This document shows positions 36,925 to 47,016 of a stretch of DNA of 64,000 nucleotides, one piece after another. The notes beneath the pieces were generated by a model. The model was given only the letters and a program-made list of their open reading frames with translations, searched no databases and was not told where the DNA came from. The DNA comes from Patescibacteria group bacterium (GTDB taxonomy: Bacteria > Patescibacteriota > Minisyncoccia > Phycocordibacterales > PALSA-1337): NCBI GenBank assembly GCA_028865095.1, contig JAGWLA010000003.1:23243-87242 (forward strand). Direction: 5' to 3'. The first letter of the stretch is position 1; every line of letters starts with the position of its first letter. The translations under genes were made by a program, and so were the position numbers.

Positions 36925-38154
36925 ATGAAGCAATCACAGCTGTTCACCAAGACCCGCCGCGAAGCGCCCAAGGACGAGGTCGCCACGAACGCCCAGCTCC
37001 TCATCCGCGCCGGCTATGTCCACAAGGAGATGGCGGGCGTGTACTCGTTCCTGCCGCTCGGCCTGCGCGCTCTGAACAAGATCGTCGGCATCATCCGCGA
37101 GGAGATGGACGCCATCGGCGGCCAGGAAGTCAGCCTCGCCGCCCTGCAGGACAAGAAAGCCTGGGAAGCGAGCGGCCGCTGGAGCGACGACGTCATCGAC
37201 GTCTGGTTCAAGACCTCCCTCAAGAACGGCGGCGAGCTCGGCCTCGGGACGACCCACGAAGAGCCGCTGACCGCCCTCATGAAGGACCACATCCGCTCGT
37301 TCCGCGACCTGCCGGCGGCCGTCTACCAGTTCCAGACCAAGTTCCGCAACGAGACCCGCGCCAAGTCCGGCATCATGCGCGGCCGCGAATTCCTGATGAA
37401 GGACCTCTATTCCTTCAACGTCGACGAGAAAGCCCACGCCGAGTTCTACGAGAAGGCCAAAGCGGCCTACGTCCGCATATTCGACCGGCTCGGCATCGGC
37501 GACAAGACGTACGTGACGTTCGCGAGCGGCGGGTCCTTCTCGAAGTATTCCCATGAATTCCAGACCGTGAGCGAAGCGGGCGAAGACACCATATATGTGC
37601 ACGAAGGGAAGCGCATCGCCGTCAACAAGGAGGTCTTGAACGACGAAGTGCTCGACAATCTCGGCCTGAAGCGCGGCGATCTCGTCGAGATGAAAGCCAT
37701 CGAGACCGGCAACATATTCACCCTCGGCGCCAGATATTCCGAGGCCCTCGGCTTGAGCTATAAGGACGCGGAAGGGAAGAGCGTCCCGGTCTTCATGGGC
37801 AGCTACGGCATCGGCCCCGGCCGCGCCATGGGCGCCATCGTCGAGCTGCTCTCCGACGAGCGCGGCCTCGTCTGGCCGGAGTCCGTGGCGCCGTTCGGCG
37901 TCCATCTCGTGGCATTGTTCGATGAAGGAGGCGCCGTCAAGAGAGCCGCCGACGAGCTGTATGCCAAGCTGACGGAAGAAGGCGTCGAGGTCCTTTACGA
38001 CGACCGCGACGCTTCCGCTGGCGAGAAGTTCGGCGACGCCGACCTCATCGGCATCCCGAAGCGCTATGTCATATCGGCGAAGACCTTGAAGGACGGGCAC
38101 GTCGAGGTGAAGGACCGCGCCACCGGAAAAGTGAGCATGGAAAGATTTTCCTGA
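36925..38154 (+). CDS. proS: Prolyl-tRNA synthetase (compact form, about 410 aa)
   Basis: Class II motifs and ProRS-like 'FQTKFRNETRAKSGIMRGREFLMKD' and 'GSYGIGPGR'. Confidence 0.85.
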   Translation: MKQSQLFTKTRREAPKDEVATNAQLLIRAGYVHKEMAGVYSFLPLGLRALNKIVGIIREEMDAIGGQEVSLAALQDKKAWEASGRWSDDVIDVWFKTSLKNGGELGLGTTHEEPLTALMKDHIRSFRDLPAAVYQFQTKFRNETRAKSGIMRGREFLMKDLYSFNVDEKAHAEFYEKAKAAYVRIFDRLGIGDKTYVTFASGGSFSKYSHEFQTVSEAGEDTIYVHEGKRIAVNKEVLNDEVLDNLGLKRGDLVEMKAIETGNIFTLGARYSEALGLSYKDAEGKSVPVFMGSYGIGPGRAMGAIVELLSDERGLVWPESVAPFGVHLVALFDEGGAVKRAADELYAKLTEEGVEVLYDDRDASAGEKFGDADLIGIPKRYVISAKTLKDGHVEVKDRATGKVSMERFS

Positions 38155-38198
38155 CTCTGTCAACTATCCATTTCCCGTCGGTGTGGTAATGTGGTGGC

Positions 38199-39308
38199 AT
38201 GGCTAAGAAAGGAGCATTCACGGGCATAGCGGCGGGCTTGAAAGGGGTGAAAGGCTGGAAGGACAGGCTCTTCTCGGGCGCGTCCAACGACATCGGCATC
38301 GACCTCGGCACCGCTAACACGCTCGTCTACGTCCGCGGCAAAGGCATCGTGGTCAACGAGCCTTCGGTGGTCGCGGTCAACCAGAAGACCGGGCAGGTGG
38401 TGGCCGTCGGCAGCACCGCCAAAGAGATGCTCGGCAGGACCCCCACCCATATCGCCGCCGTCAGGCCGCTCGTCGACGGCGTCATCTCCGATTTCGAAGT
38501 GACCGAAGAGATGCTCTCGTATCTCATGAAGCGCGCGTCCGAGTATCTCCCCAAGCGCTTCCTCGGCCCGCGGGTGGTGATCGGCGTGCCCTCCGGCGTG
38601 ACGAACGTCGAGGTGAGGGCCGTCCGCGACGCCGCCCGGAACGCCGGCGCCCGCGAGGTCTATATCGTCGAGCAGCCCATGGCCGGAGCCATCGGCATCC
38701 GCTTGCCGGTCCATGACCCGGTGGGCTCGATGGTCATCGACATCGGCGGCGGCACCACCGACATCGCCGTCATCTCCCTCGGCGGCATCGTACGCTCGAA
38801 GAACCTCAAGATCGCCGGAGACAAGCTCAACAACGACATCATCTCCTACATCCGGAACGAGTTCAAGATACTGATCGGCGACACCACGGCCGAGCAGGTC
38901 AAGATCGCCGTCGGCGCCGTCGTCCCCGACGAGCCGCTCGAGACCACCATCCGCGGCCGCGACCTCATCACCGGCTTGCCGCGCGAAGTGGTCATCACCG
39001 ACAGCGACATCCGCGAAGCCATGAGCCAGTCCATCGAGACCCTGGTCGAAGCCTCGAAGGAGGTCCTCGAGACCACGCCCCCCGAGATCCTGTCCGACGT
39101 CATGCGCCGCGGCGTCTTCCTGGTCGGCGGCGGCGCGCTCATCAAAGGCCTCGACGCTCTCTTGTCCGAGACGCTGAAGCTCCCGGTGACCGTGGCCGAC
39201 GACCCGCTCACCGCCATCGCCCGCGGGGCCGGCATCATCCTCGAGGACCTCGACGGCTTCCGTTCCGTCCTCATCGAAAGCGAAGATGACCTACCTTCGG
39301 CAGCGTAG
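38199..39308 (+). CDS. mreB: MreB paralog 2
   Basis: 'GIDLGTANTLVYV', 'EPSVVAV', 'VIDIGGGTTDIAVISLGG'. Confidence 0.85.
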   Translation: MAKKGAFTGIAAGLKGVKGWKDRLFSGASNDIGIDLGTANTLVYVRGKGIVVNEPSVVAVNQKTGQVVAVGSTAKEMLGRTPTHIAAVRPLVDGVISDFEVTEEMLSYLMKRASEYLPKRFLGPRVVIGVPSGVTNVEVRAVRDAARNAGAREVYIVEQPMAGAIGIRLPVHDPVGSMVIDIGGGTTDIAVISLGGIVRSKNLKIAGDKLNNDIISYIRNEFKILIGDTTAEQVKIAVGAVVPDEPLETTIRGRDLITGLPREVVITDSDIREAMSQSIETLVEASKEVLETTPPEILSDVMRRGVFLVGGGALIKGLDALLSETLKLPVTVADDPLTAIARGAGIILEDLDGFRSVLIESEDDLPSAA

Positions 39309-40083
39309 CGCGCCCGGCAGGCGCAGGATCGGCGCGGCCGCCGCGGCCGTCGCGGCGCTCGTCCTGGCCGTGGCTCTCGTCCAATGGAGGGCGCCGCGCT
39401 TCTTCCCGGCGATCGCTTCCGCGGTGGCAGACCCGTTCTGGCGCGTCCGGTTCGCTTTCCAGAACGGCGCTTTGGAGAGCCCCGACGAGCTTCTCGCCGA
39501 GAACGCGTCCCTGAAGCTCCAGGTCGCCGCCCTCGACGGGCGCTTGGCGAGCTCGACTGCGGCGCTCCTGGAAGCGGAGAACGCCGACCTTCTCGGCTTG
39601 CTCGGGAGGGCCACTACGACCCGGAGCGCGTACACGGCCGCCGCGGTCCTCGCCCGTCCGCCGTTCTCTCCGTACGACCGGCTGATCCTCGACCTCGGCA
39701 GCGACGACGGCGTCTCGACCACCACGCTGGTCTATGCTCCCGGCGGCGCCCTCATCGGCAGGGTCACCGGCGCATTGGGGCATACGTCGGTCGCGACGCT
39801 CTTCTCGTCGCCGGGCCAATCATATCCTGTGCTCATCGGGCCGCAGAGCCTGCCGGCCACGGCCGTCGGCAAAGGGGGAGGGCACTATTCGGCCCAGGTC
39901 CCGCACGGCTCCGGCATCGCGCCGGGCGACGCTGTCAGCGACTCGTCCCTCCATGACCGGGCATTCGGCACGGTCGTCTCCGTGACCACCGACCCCTCTG
40001 ACCCGTTCGATTCGGTGCTGTTCGCCCTGCCCGCGGACCCGTATGGCCTCCGCTGGGTCCTTTTAGATATCAGTAAGCCATAG
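39286..40083 (+). CDS. mreC: Rod-shape-determining protein MreC
   Basis: N-terminal TM, coiled-coil 'ENASLKLQVAALDGRL', then a beta-rich periplasmic domain. Located directly after mreB. Confidence 0.65.
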   Translation: MTYLRQRSAPGRRRIGAAAAAVAALVLAVALVQWRAPRFFPAIASAVADPFWRVRFAFQNGALESPDELLAENASLKLQVAALDGRLASSTAALLEAENADLLGLLGRATTTRSAYTAAAVLARPPFSPYDRLILDLGSDDGVSTTTLVYAPGGALIGRVTGALGHTSVATLFSSPGQSYPVLIGPQSLPATAVGKGGGHYSAQVPHGSGIAPGDAVSDSSLHDRAFGTVVSVTTDPSDPFDSVLFALPADPYGLRWVLLDISKP

Positions 40084-40089
40084 AATCCC

Positions 40090-40356
40090 ATGAAGAACGA
40101 CATGTCATTGCGCATCACGATGGATATCCTGCTCGCGGTATCCGTCATCTTCGGCTGGTGGTACATATCGATCCCGTTCGGCCTGATCTGCCTGTGGATG
40201 TTCCCGTATTACGGGGAATTCATCGTCTTCGGCTTCCTCTATGACGAGATATTCACCATGGGGAGGGGTCTCGGCCTCTGGAGCTTCGCCGGCCTGCTCG
40301 TCACCACGGCCGCCACCATCGCATTCTCCATCTTCAAGCTCGTCGTCAGGTGGTAG
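40090..40356 (+). CDS. Small membrane protein (possible MreD-like, 88 aa)
   Basis: Three hydrophobic helices. The possible MreD-like assignment rests only on position after mreBC. Confidence 0.3.
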   Translation: MKNDMSLRITMDILLAVSVIFGWWYISIPFGLICLWMFPYYGEFIVFGFLYDEIFTMGRGLGLWSFAGLLVTTAATIAFSIFKLVVRW

Positions 40357-40364
40357 CGCACCGC

Positions 40365-41114
40365 TTATCTTGCCAACAGGTCCGAGATGGATGCGAATTC
40401 TTTTCTTCTCGGTATCTCCTCATTGTGGTATTTGCCCATCTTCCAATATACTTTGTACGCTTTTGCGCCAGGTTTTGAGGCGATGACACGATAGGTATCC
40501 TCGACGAATTCGACAGCACAACAATTATCGATGGCTATAGCGACATTTGGGGTCTTTCGCATTATCTTCTTTAATCCGGCGCGACGGTCTTTTTCGACAT
40601 CGTAGTGGGGCGAATTCGTGGCAGGGATGAATCCAAGCCCGCTTACTTTTATCAGATCAGCCTCGGGGTTTTTAAACCGTCGAGAATCGGAAATACCGTT
40701 GCGAAACCAGCATATCGATCCTGCGCTGAGGCCTGAAAGCACGATGCCTTTATTCCACGCCTTCTTTAGTATGATATCCAGTCCGCAGGCTTTCCAAGCC
40801 CGGATCATCTTGAAAGTGTTGCCGCCGCCTACATAGATGATGTCGGAAGACATCACTTTTCGTTCGATTTCGGCACGGGAAGGCTTTTCCTTGATCACGA
40901 GAAGCACATCTACTTTGCACCCTAACCTCCTTCCGAAATGTCTCCGTACGGTCTCATAATATCCCGGAGAGTCGGAACTGGCGGTAGGAATAAAAAGGAC
41001 CACAGGGTTCTTTTTCCCCGCTAGACGGATAATCTCCTTGTCTATCTTGGCGGTTTCTACTGGATACCCTGGGCTTCCGATTTCACCGCCTCCGATCGCT
41101 ACGATTTTTTTCAT
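40365..41114 (-). CDS. Peptidase S51 family (dipeptidase E/cyanophycinase-like)
   Basis: 'IYVGGGNTF', 'LSGLSAGSI'. Lower G+C than the neighbours. Confidence 0.7.
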   Translation of the reverse strand: MKKIVAIGGGEIGSPGYPVETAKIDKEIIRLAGKKNPVVLFIPTASSDSPGYYETVRRHFGRRLGCKVDVLLVIKEKPSRAEIERKVMSSDIIYVGGGNTFKMIRAWKACGLDIILKKAWNKGIVLSGLSAGSICWFRNGISDSRRFKNPEADLIKVSGLGFIPATNSPHYDVEKDRRAGLKKIMRKTPNVAIAIDNCCAVEFVEDTYRVIASKPGAKAYKVYWKMGKYHNEEIPRRKEFASISDLLAR

Positions 41115-41323
41115 TTTGATTCATGCTACCATGCGCGCGATAAATCTGAAACGCGGAGCGACGATACTTGACAAAACCTCTGTTTTTTGCTAGAAAACGA
41201 GAAGGTCAGGGCAAAGATCCGCATGGGTAATGCAGATTCTTGGGCCTGAAAAAACAAACCGCCGGTCACACAACCGATGTCCATCGAACAAGGACATCGG
41301 CCGGCATCGATTGGAGCGCAATT

Positions 41324-42217
41324 ATGAAAATCAAATACATCACGTTACTGACGCTGGCGATGGCCATTTCGGCTTCGTCTGCCATGGCCTCAAGCACGCT
41401 GACGGAAGTCGTCCCGGTCCTCATGCCGTCGGCGAATTCGCCGACATCGCTGACCGCGCAGAATGCCCTCATCGCCGACGCGATGGCGGGATCGCTGCAC
41501 GGGGGCCCCGCATCGGGCCCGTCCGATTACTCGGTGATCACCGGCTATTCCGCCGGCTGGTCGAACCTCGTGTATTCTACCGGGGCGGCCATGTGGCAAG
41601 GGACCTTGCAGGACGTCTCGGGAGCGCGCGGCCAAGTGGTCGCCCTTCTCGTGCATGTCCGTTCCGTGTCGGGCGGGAATGATGTCTCCCTCGACATGCT
41701 TACGTTCAGCGGGACTTCGGTCGACGGGGCCTTGAACGGCTCCTTCGGCTTCGATGGCTTGAGCTATACCGCCCAAGCGCCCGGCAAGAAGGCTGACGGG
41801 ACGACCATCACGAGCGGCGATTCCACCCAGCTCTGCAAAGAGTATTGGGTGATCGTATATCCTCCCATGTTCAACGGGGGAGGGACGCAGTCGGGGCTCG
41901 ATTCAGTGAAGAACTGGGTCGTGGCGCATTCGCCCTATGACCTCGACTATCTGTTGAAGGTGAACGGGAATGTGGGCTCGACAGTCATCCTGAATGTCGT
42001 CCCGAATGCGGTGTCCCTCTCCTTGTCGTCGAGCGGCCCCTCGTCCGTCACTCTCAAGGTGATGAACGCGGAAGCCGACCGGACATATGTCCTCGAATCA
42101 AGGACATCCCTAGTCTCGGGTGGGTGGACGGATCTGACGGCGGTCATCGGCACCAATTCGGTCGCCGTGCCCACCGCCGGCATCCCCATGCAGTTCTTCC
42201 GGGCTCGGGTTCAGTAA
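41324..42217 (+). CDS. Secreted hypothetical protein (signal peptide)
   Basis: Signal peptide 'MKIKYITLLTLAMAISASSAMA'. No recognised domain. Confidence 0.5.
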   Translation: MKIKYITLLTLAMAISASSAMASSTLTEVVPVLMPSANSPTSLTAQNALIADAMAGSLHGGPASGPSDYSVITGYSAGWSNLVYSTGAAMWQGTLQDVSGARGQVVALLVHVRSVSGGNDVSLDMLTFSGTSVDGALNGSFGFDGLSYTAQAPGKKADGTTITSGDSTQLCKEYWVIVYPPMFNGGGTQSGLDSVKNWVVAHSPYDLDYLLKVNGNVGSTVILNVVPNAVSLSLSSSGPSSVTLKVMNAEADRTYVLESRTSLVSGGWTDLTAVIGTNSVAVPTAGIPMQFFRARVQ

Positions 42218-42247
42218 CTAACTCTCGCTCATTCGCACATTCGCATG

Positions 42248-42285
42248 AAAGCCTTCGGTTGCTCCGCACTCGAAGGCTTTTTTCG
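42248..42285 (+). terminator. Rho-independent terminator
   Basis: aaagccttcg ... cgaaggcttt followed by tttcg. Confidence 0.65.
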
Positions 42286-42380
42286 TGACAGCTATTGACA
42301 AATTATCAAGGAATGTTATACTATGCCGGCTACTGGAAAATCCAGTAATGATTATAAATATAGCCAAATCACGCATTATT

Positions 42381-43367
42381 ATGAACAAGAAAATCATCGC
42401 TTTCGTGACGATCGCCACCATGATAGCAGTGCCGGCCATGTCATACGCCGACGCTGCGCCTTCTGCCGGCGACACGTCCTCGACCGCTTCGGCTGCGAGC
42501 ACGGGCGGCTCTTCGTCGACCGCGGCTCCGTCCGCGGGAGGCTCCTCTTCGACCGCTGCTCCGTCCGCAGGCGGCGCCTCTTCGACCGCCGCTCCGTCGG
42601 CTGGTCCTACGACCTCGACCGCCGCTCCGACCGCCGGCCCCACCACTTCTACGGCTGCTCCGTCAGCGGGCGGTTCGTCCTCTTCTGCCGGCTCGTCCTC
42701 CTCTAACAATGGCGGCGGCTCGACCGGAGGCTCTTCGTCCTCTTCGGGCGGCTCGATCTCCTCGAGCGGCTCGTACATCGGCGGCGGCTTCAGCGCCGTG
42801 CCGTTGGCCGTCGCCCCCGCGTCGAACGGCGTCGCCACGACCTGCCCGCTCATCACGGCGACCATCCTGAAGCAGGGCATCGCCAATGACGCCAACCAGG
42901 TCATGAGGCTCCAGACATTCCTCAAGGGCTTCGAGCACCTCGACGTCGCCGTCACTGGCACGTACGACCAGGCTACGGTCCAGGCCGTTCAGGCTTTCCA
43001 GAGGAAATATATGTCCGAGATCCTCGGCCCCTGGGGCGCCACCAAGCCTTCCGGCGTGGCATACATCACCACCATCAAGAAGGTGAACCAGCTCTCGTGC
43101 GCCCAGCCCCTCACGCTCGATCCTAAGGAGATCGCGGTGATCGACTCGTACAAGAATGCCGTCCAGGCGGGCCAGCCCGCTCCGGCCGGAGTCCAGGTCG
43201 GCGTCAACACCGTCGCCCCCGCTCCGTCCTCTTCGAGCGCTCCTGTCGTCGGCCCGACCGTCGTCGGTCAGAGCCAGCCGCAGAGCCAGGCCCAGACCGC
43301 GGCCGCCGGCAACGCGTCCATATGGCAGCGCTTCTGGAGCTTCATCGTCGGCCTCTTCCATCGCTAA
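42381..43367 (+). CDS. Secreted protein with a Ser/Thr/Ala/Gly repeat linker and a C-terminal peptidoglycan-binding (PG_binding_1-like) domain
   Basis: Signal peptide, repeated 'SSTAAPSAGG' units, then 'LKQGIANDANQVMRLQTFLKGFEHLDVAVTGTYDQATVQAVQAFQRKY'. Confidence 0.6.
   Translation: MNKKIIAFVTIATMIAVPAMSYADAAPSAGDTSSTASAASTGGSSSTAAPSAGGSSSTAAPSAGGASSTAAPSAGPTTSTAAPTAGPTTSTAAPSAGGSSSSAGSSSSNNGGGSTGGSSSSSGGSISSSGSYIGGGFSAVPLAVAPASNGVATTCPLITATILKQGIANDANQVMRLQTFLKGFEHLDVAVTGTYDQATVQAVQAFQRKYMSEILGPWGATKPSGVAYITTIKKVNQLSCAQPLTLDPKEIAVIDSYKNAVQAGQPAPAGVQVGVNTVAPAPSSSSAPVVGPTVVGQSQPQSQAQTAAAGNASIWQRFWSFIVGLFHR
42470..42690 (+). repeat. Tandem coding repeat of about 33 nt, six to seven copies
   Basis: Recurrent tcgaccgcNgctccgtcNgcNggNggctcctct units encoding SSTAAPSAGG. 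Confidence 0.6.
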
Positions 43368-43381
43368 GCGAAGGAAGCCGA

Positions 43382-44674
43382 TCAGCTCAACCGTTTCGTG
43401 CCAGACGCCCGGAGAGATCCGGGCGTCGTGCTGCGCGCGCCCGAACTGCCGAATGCCCCGGCGACGGCGATCATCAAGGCGTTGTCTCCGGAGATGTGGC
43501 GCGAGGGCATGAAGAGGGGGATGCCGTACCTGTCGGCGGCTTCCTGGAAGGCGCGGCGAAGGGCATGGTTGGCGGACACCCCTCCGCCGACGATGACGGA
43601 CCCCGCCCCGGCCGCCTCGATGGCGGCCGCGAGCTTGGATGAGAGGACGTCGCTGACCGCCGATTCGAATTCCCGGGCGAGGCCTTTCTTGAACGCATCG
43701 GGCAGGGCCCCGTCCTGCCCGCGCGCCGCCGCGCGCACGGCGTAGAGCGCAGCCGTCTTCAGGCCGGAGAAGGAGAAGCCCAAGTCGCCGCTCGATATCA
43801 TGGGGCGGGGAAGGGCGACCGGCGCGGGGATGCCCTCTTCCCATGCCTTGTGGGCGAGCTCCGCGATATGCGGGCCGCCGGGATAGGGAAGGCCGAGCAG
43901 GCGGGCGGTCTTGTCGAACGCTTCGCCGACGGCGTCGTCTTTGGTCGCGCCGAGGATCTCGTACGAGCCGATCCTCGCCACCTTCACCAGCTCGGTGTGC
44001 CCGCCGCTGATGAGGAGGGCGACCGCCGGCATCGGCGCGTCGTGGAGCCTCTGCCATGCCCCGTTCGCCGCGTCGGAAGGGACGAGCGAGCCGACGATAT
44101 GGCCTTCCATATGGTCTATGGGGACGATGGGGACGCCCCAGAGCGCGCCCAGCATCCGGGCCAGATTGATGCCCGTCCAGAGCGCCGGCTCGAGGCCGGG
44201 CCCTTCGGTCACGGCGATGCGGCCTATGGCGGGCGCAGGGCCTTTCAGGAAATCGGCGGCGGCGAACGTCTCGAAGAGCTCGGGGTTCTGGGGAGCGATC
44301 TCTTCGCGGAAGCTCTCGAGGACGGCCCCGATCGGGGCGGGCGCGCCAGCAGTCTCCGGGCGTCCTGCGGAACTCGCTCCGCTGCCGCTCCGCTCGGACA
44401 GTCCTCGGACGCCCGGATCCTCTGGCGCGCCCGCCCCCATTCCTGCCTGCATGCCTGCCTTCTCCAGGAGCTTCCCGAGCAAAGGCACCAGGTTCTTGCC
44501 GTGCTCGCGCTTGGCGAGAGTCGGGTAGACGCCGCCGTAGGCGCTGTGCAAGCCGGCTTGCGAATGGACGAGCGACTCGATGACGCGCATCTCCATGCCC
44601 GCCTCGCTGCCGCGCGTCTCGATGAGGGCAAGAGCCGTCTCGTCGCACGAAGTCTCTATGCCGAGGATGATCAT
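43382..44674 (-). CDS. tsaD: tRNA N6-adenosine threonylcarbamoyltransferase TsaD (Kae1/Gcp family) with a low-complexity insert of about 90 aa
   Basis: 'ILGIETSCDETALAL', 'HGKNLVPLL', a C-terminal 'GGGVSANHALR'. The insert is 'AGMQAGMGAGAPEDPGVRGLSERSGSGASSAGRPETAGAPAP...'. Confidence 0.85.
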   Translation of the reverse strand: MIILGIETSCDETALALIETRGSEAGMEMRVIESLVHSQAGLHSAYGGVYPTLAKREHGKNLVPLLGKLLEKAGMQAGMGAGAPEDPGVRGLSERSGSGASSAGRPETAGAPAPIGAVLESFREEIAPQNPELFETFAAADFLKGPAPAIGRIAVTEGPGLEPALWTGINLARMLGALWGVPIVPIDHMEGHIVGSLVPSDAANGAWQRLHDAPMPAVALLISGGHTELVKVARIGSYEILGATKDDAVGEAFDKTARLLGLPYPGGPHIAELAHKAWEEGIPAPVALPRPMISSGDLGFSFSGLKTAALYAVRAAARGQDGALPDAFKKGLAREFESAVSDVLSSKLAAAIEAAGAGSVIVGGGVSANHALRRAFQEAADRYGIPLFMPSRHISGDNALMIAVAGAFGSSGARSTTPGSLRASGTKRLS

Positions 44675-44720
44675 GGCTCAACGATATCGTTTTCCGCCGT
44701 TTTTTGCTAGTATTCAGTTC

Positions 44721-46940
44721 ATGAATGACGCGAACCGCGGCGGCCAGGGGCCCCGACCGGATATCCCCGAGAAATACCTGAAGCCTTTCGATCCCGCTTC
44801 CGTCGAAGCGCGGCTCTATGAGGCGTGGGAGAAGTCCGGCTATTTCGATCCCGACACGCTCCCCGACGAGCCGGGCCGCGGCCGGAACGGCCAGCCGTTC
44901 TCCATGGTCTTGCCGCCCCCGAACGTCACCGGGGTCCTTCACATGGGCTCGGCCCTCATGCTGGCCGTCGAAGACATCATGGCCCGCTATGCCCGCATGA
45001 AGGGCCGGAAAGCCCTGTGGATCCCCGGCACCGACCATGCCGCCATCGCCACCCAGGCGGTGGTCGAGAAGAAGATCCAGAAAGAAGAAGGGAAGTCGCG
45101 CCACGACCTCGGCCGCGACGAGCTCATGCGCCGCATCGGCGAGCATGTGACGGCGACCCATGACGCCATCGTCTCCCAGATGCGCACGATGGGCGCCTCG
45201 CTCGACTGGTCGCGCGAAGCCTTCACCCTCGACGACAAGCGCGACCTCGCCGTCCGCACGGCGTTCAAGAGGATGTACGACGACGGCCTCATATACCGCG
45301 GCTATCGCGTCGTCAATTGGGACCCGAAAGGGCAGACGACCATATCCGACGACGAGATCGAATATGAGGCCCGGACGACGAAGCTCTACACGTTCAGATA
45401 TTCGAAAGACATACCCATCAGCATATCCACCACCCGCCCCGAGACGAAGCTCGGCGACACGGCCATCGCCGTCAACCCCGACGACGAGCGCTATAAGGCC
45501 TTCGTCGGCGCGGAATTCAAGGCCGTCTTCGCCGGCGAGCCGATATCGCTCAAGGTCGTCGCAGACAGGGCGGTCGAGAAGGAGTTCGGCACCGGCGCCC
45601 TCGGCGTGACTCCCGCGCATTCGGTCATCGACTGGGAGATGTCCCAGAGGCACGGCCTGCCTTTGAAGCAGGTCATCAACGAATACGGCAAGATGACCGT
45701 CGGCATGGACGGCGTCAAGGACAAGAAGACGGCCGAGGCCCGCGAAGCCGTGGTGGCATGGCTGCGCGCCGAAGGCTTGCTCGAAAAGGAAGAAGACATC
45801 GAGCACAACATCTCGCTCGCCCAGCGCACCGGCGGGGTCATCGAGCCGCTGCCCAAGCTGCAGTGGTTCGTGGCGGTGAACAAGGCATTTAAGAAGCAAG
45901 GAGAAAGAACCGAGGAGAAGGGAGGGACGACTTTGAAAGGCTTGATGAAAGAAGCCGTCTCTTCCGGCGCGACGAAGATCATCCCCGACCGCTTCGAGAA
46001 GGTCTATTTCAACTGGATCGAGAACCTCCGCGACTGGTGCATATCCCGCCAGATCTGGTATGGCCACCGCATACCGGTCTGGTATAAGGGCGACGAAGCC
46101 TTTTGCGGCCTAGAAGCGCCCGAAGGCGACGGCTGGGTCCAGGACGAGGACACCCTCGACACCTGGTTCTCGTCCGGCCTCTGGACTTTCTCGACCCTCG
46201 GCTGGCCCGACGAGAAGGAGTTCGCCAAGAACCGCGCCTATCATCCCACGACCGTCCTCGAGACCGGCTCGGACCTGATCTTCTTCTGGGTGGCGCGCAT
46301 GATACTGATGAGCACGTACCTTCTCGGGGAGGTTCCTTTCCGGACGGTCTATTTCCACGGGCTCGTCCGCGACACCAAGAACCGGAAGATCAGCAAGTCC
46401 CTCGGCAACAACATCGACCCCGTCGACATGATCGCCAGATACGGCGCCGATGCCGTGCGCATGTCCTTGGTGGTCGGCGTCGGCCCCGGCAACGACAGCA
46501 AGATCGACGAGGCCAAGATCAAAGCCTACAAGCTCTTCTCCAACAAGCTCTGGAACATCGCAAGGTTCGTCTTCTCGACCGCCGACATGAAGGCGGAAGG
46601 CCCGCTCTCCGCCGCTGACCAGGCGGTCATGGACGGCTTCCGGTCGCTCCTCGCAGAGATCACCGTCGAGATGGACGAATACAAGTACTATCTGGTCGCC
46701 GAGAAGCTCTATGCCTACGCCTGGCGCGAGCTGGCCGACAAGGTCCTCGAAGAGTCCAAGCCGATCCTCGCCGGCCCGGACGCCGAAGCCCGCCGCAGCC
46801 GCTCCGTCCTGCTCAGATCCGTCATGGAAGGGCTTCTCAAGGCTCTCCATCCTTTCATGCCTTTCATCACCGAAGAGATCTGGAAGGACATGCCCGTCCC
46901 CGGCAAGAAGCCCCTCATCGTCGAGAAGTGGGCTATTTGA
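44721..46940 (+). CDS. valS: Valyl-tRNA synthetase (short form, about 740 aa)
   Basis: 'PPPNVTGVLHMG' (ValRS-specific PPPNVTG plus a HIGH-like motif) and 'KISKSLGN' (KMSKS). No long C-terminal coiled coil. Confidence 0.85.
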   Translation: MNDANRGGQGPRPDIPEKYLKPFDPASVEARLYEAWEKSGYFDPDTLPDEPGRGRNGQPFSMVLPPPNVTGVLHMGSALMLAVEDIMARYARMKGRKALWIPGTDHAAIATQAVVEKKIQKEEGKSRHDLGRDELMRRIGEHVTATHDAIVSQMRTMGASLDWSREAFTLDDKRDLAVRTAFKRMYDDGLIYRGYRVVNWDPKGQTTISDDEIEYEARTTKLYTFRYSKDIPISISTTRPETKLGDTAIAVNPDDERYKAFVGAEFKAVFAGEPISLKVVADRAVEKEFGTGALGVTPAHSVIDWEMSQRHGLPLKQVINEYGKMTVGMDGVKDKKTAEAREAVVAWLRAEGLLEKEEDIEHNISLAQRTGGVIEPLPKLQWFVAVNKAFKKQGERTEEKGGTTLKGLMKEAVSSGATKIIPDRFEKVYFNWIENLRDWCISRQIWYGHRIPVWYKGDEAFCGLEAPEGDGWVQDEDTLDTWFSSGLWTFSTLGWPDEKEFAKNRAYHPTTVLETGSDLIFFWVARMILMSTYLLGEVPFRTVYFHGLVRDTKNRKISKSLGNNIDPVDMIARYGADAVRMSLVVGVGPGNDSKIDEAKIKAYKLFSNKLWNIARFVFSTADMKAEGPLSAADQAVMDGFRSLLAEITVEMDEYKYYLVAEKLYAYAWRELADKVLEESKPILAGPDAEARRSRSVLLRSVMEGLLKALHPFMPFITEEIWKDMPVPGKKPLIVEKWAI

Positions 46941-47016
46941 CCGCCGCACGGGCTTTTTCCGGCTTTTATCCACAGAGTCCCTCGTTTCGGCCGCTCATAC
47001 GCGGTACAATGACGGC

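Noticed and set aside
42663-46067. 1134-aa minus-strand ORF spanning tsaD and valS, and 247-aa ORF 42218-42961
   Set aside because: Arg/Gly/Pro-rich nonsense opposite strongly supported genes (valS on plus, tsaD in a different frame). This is a high-GC artefact.
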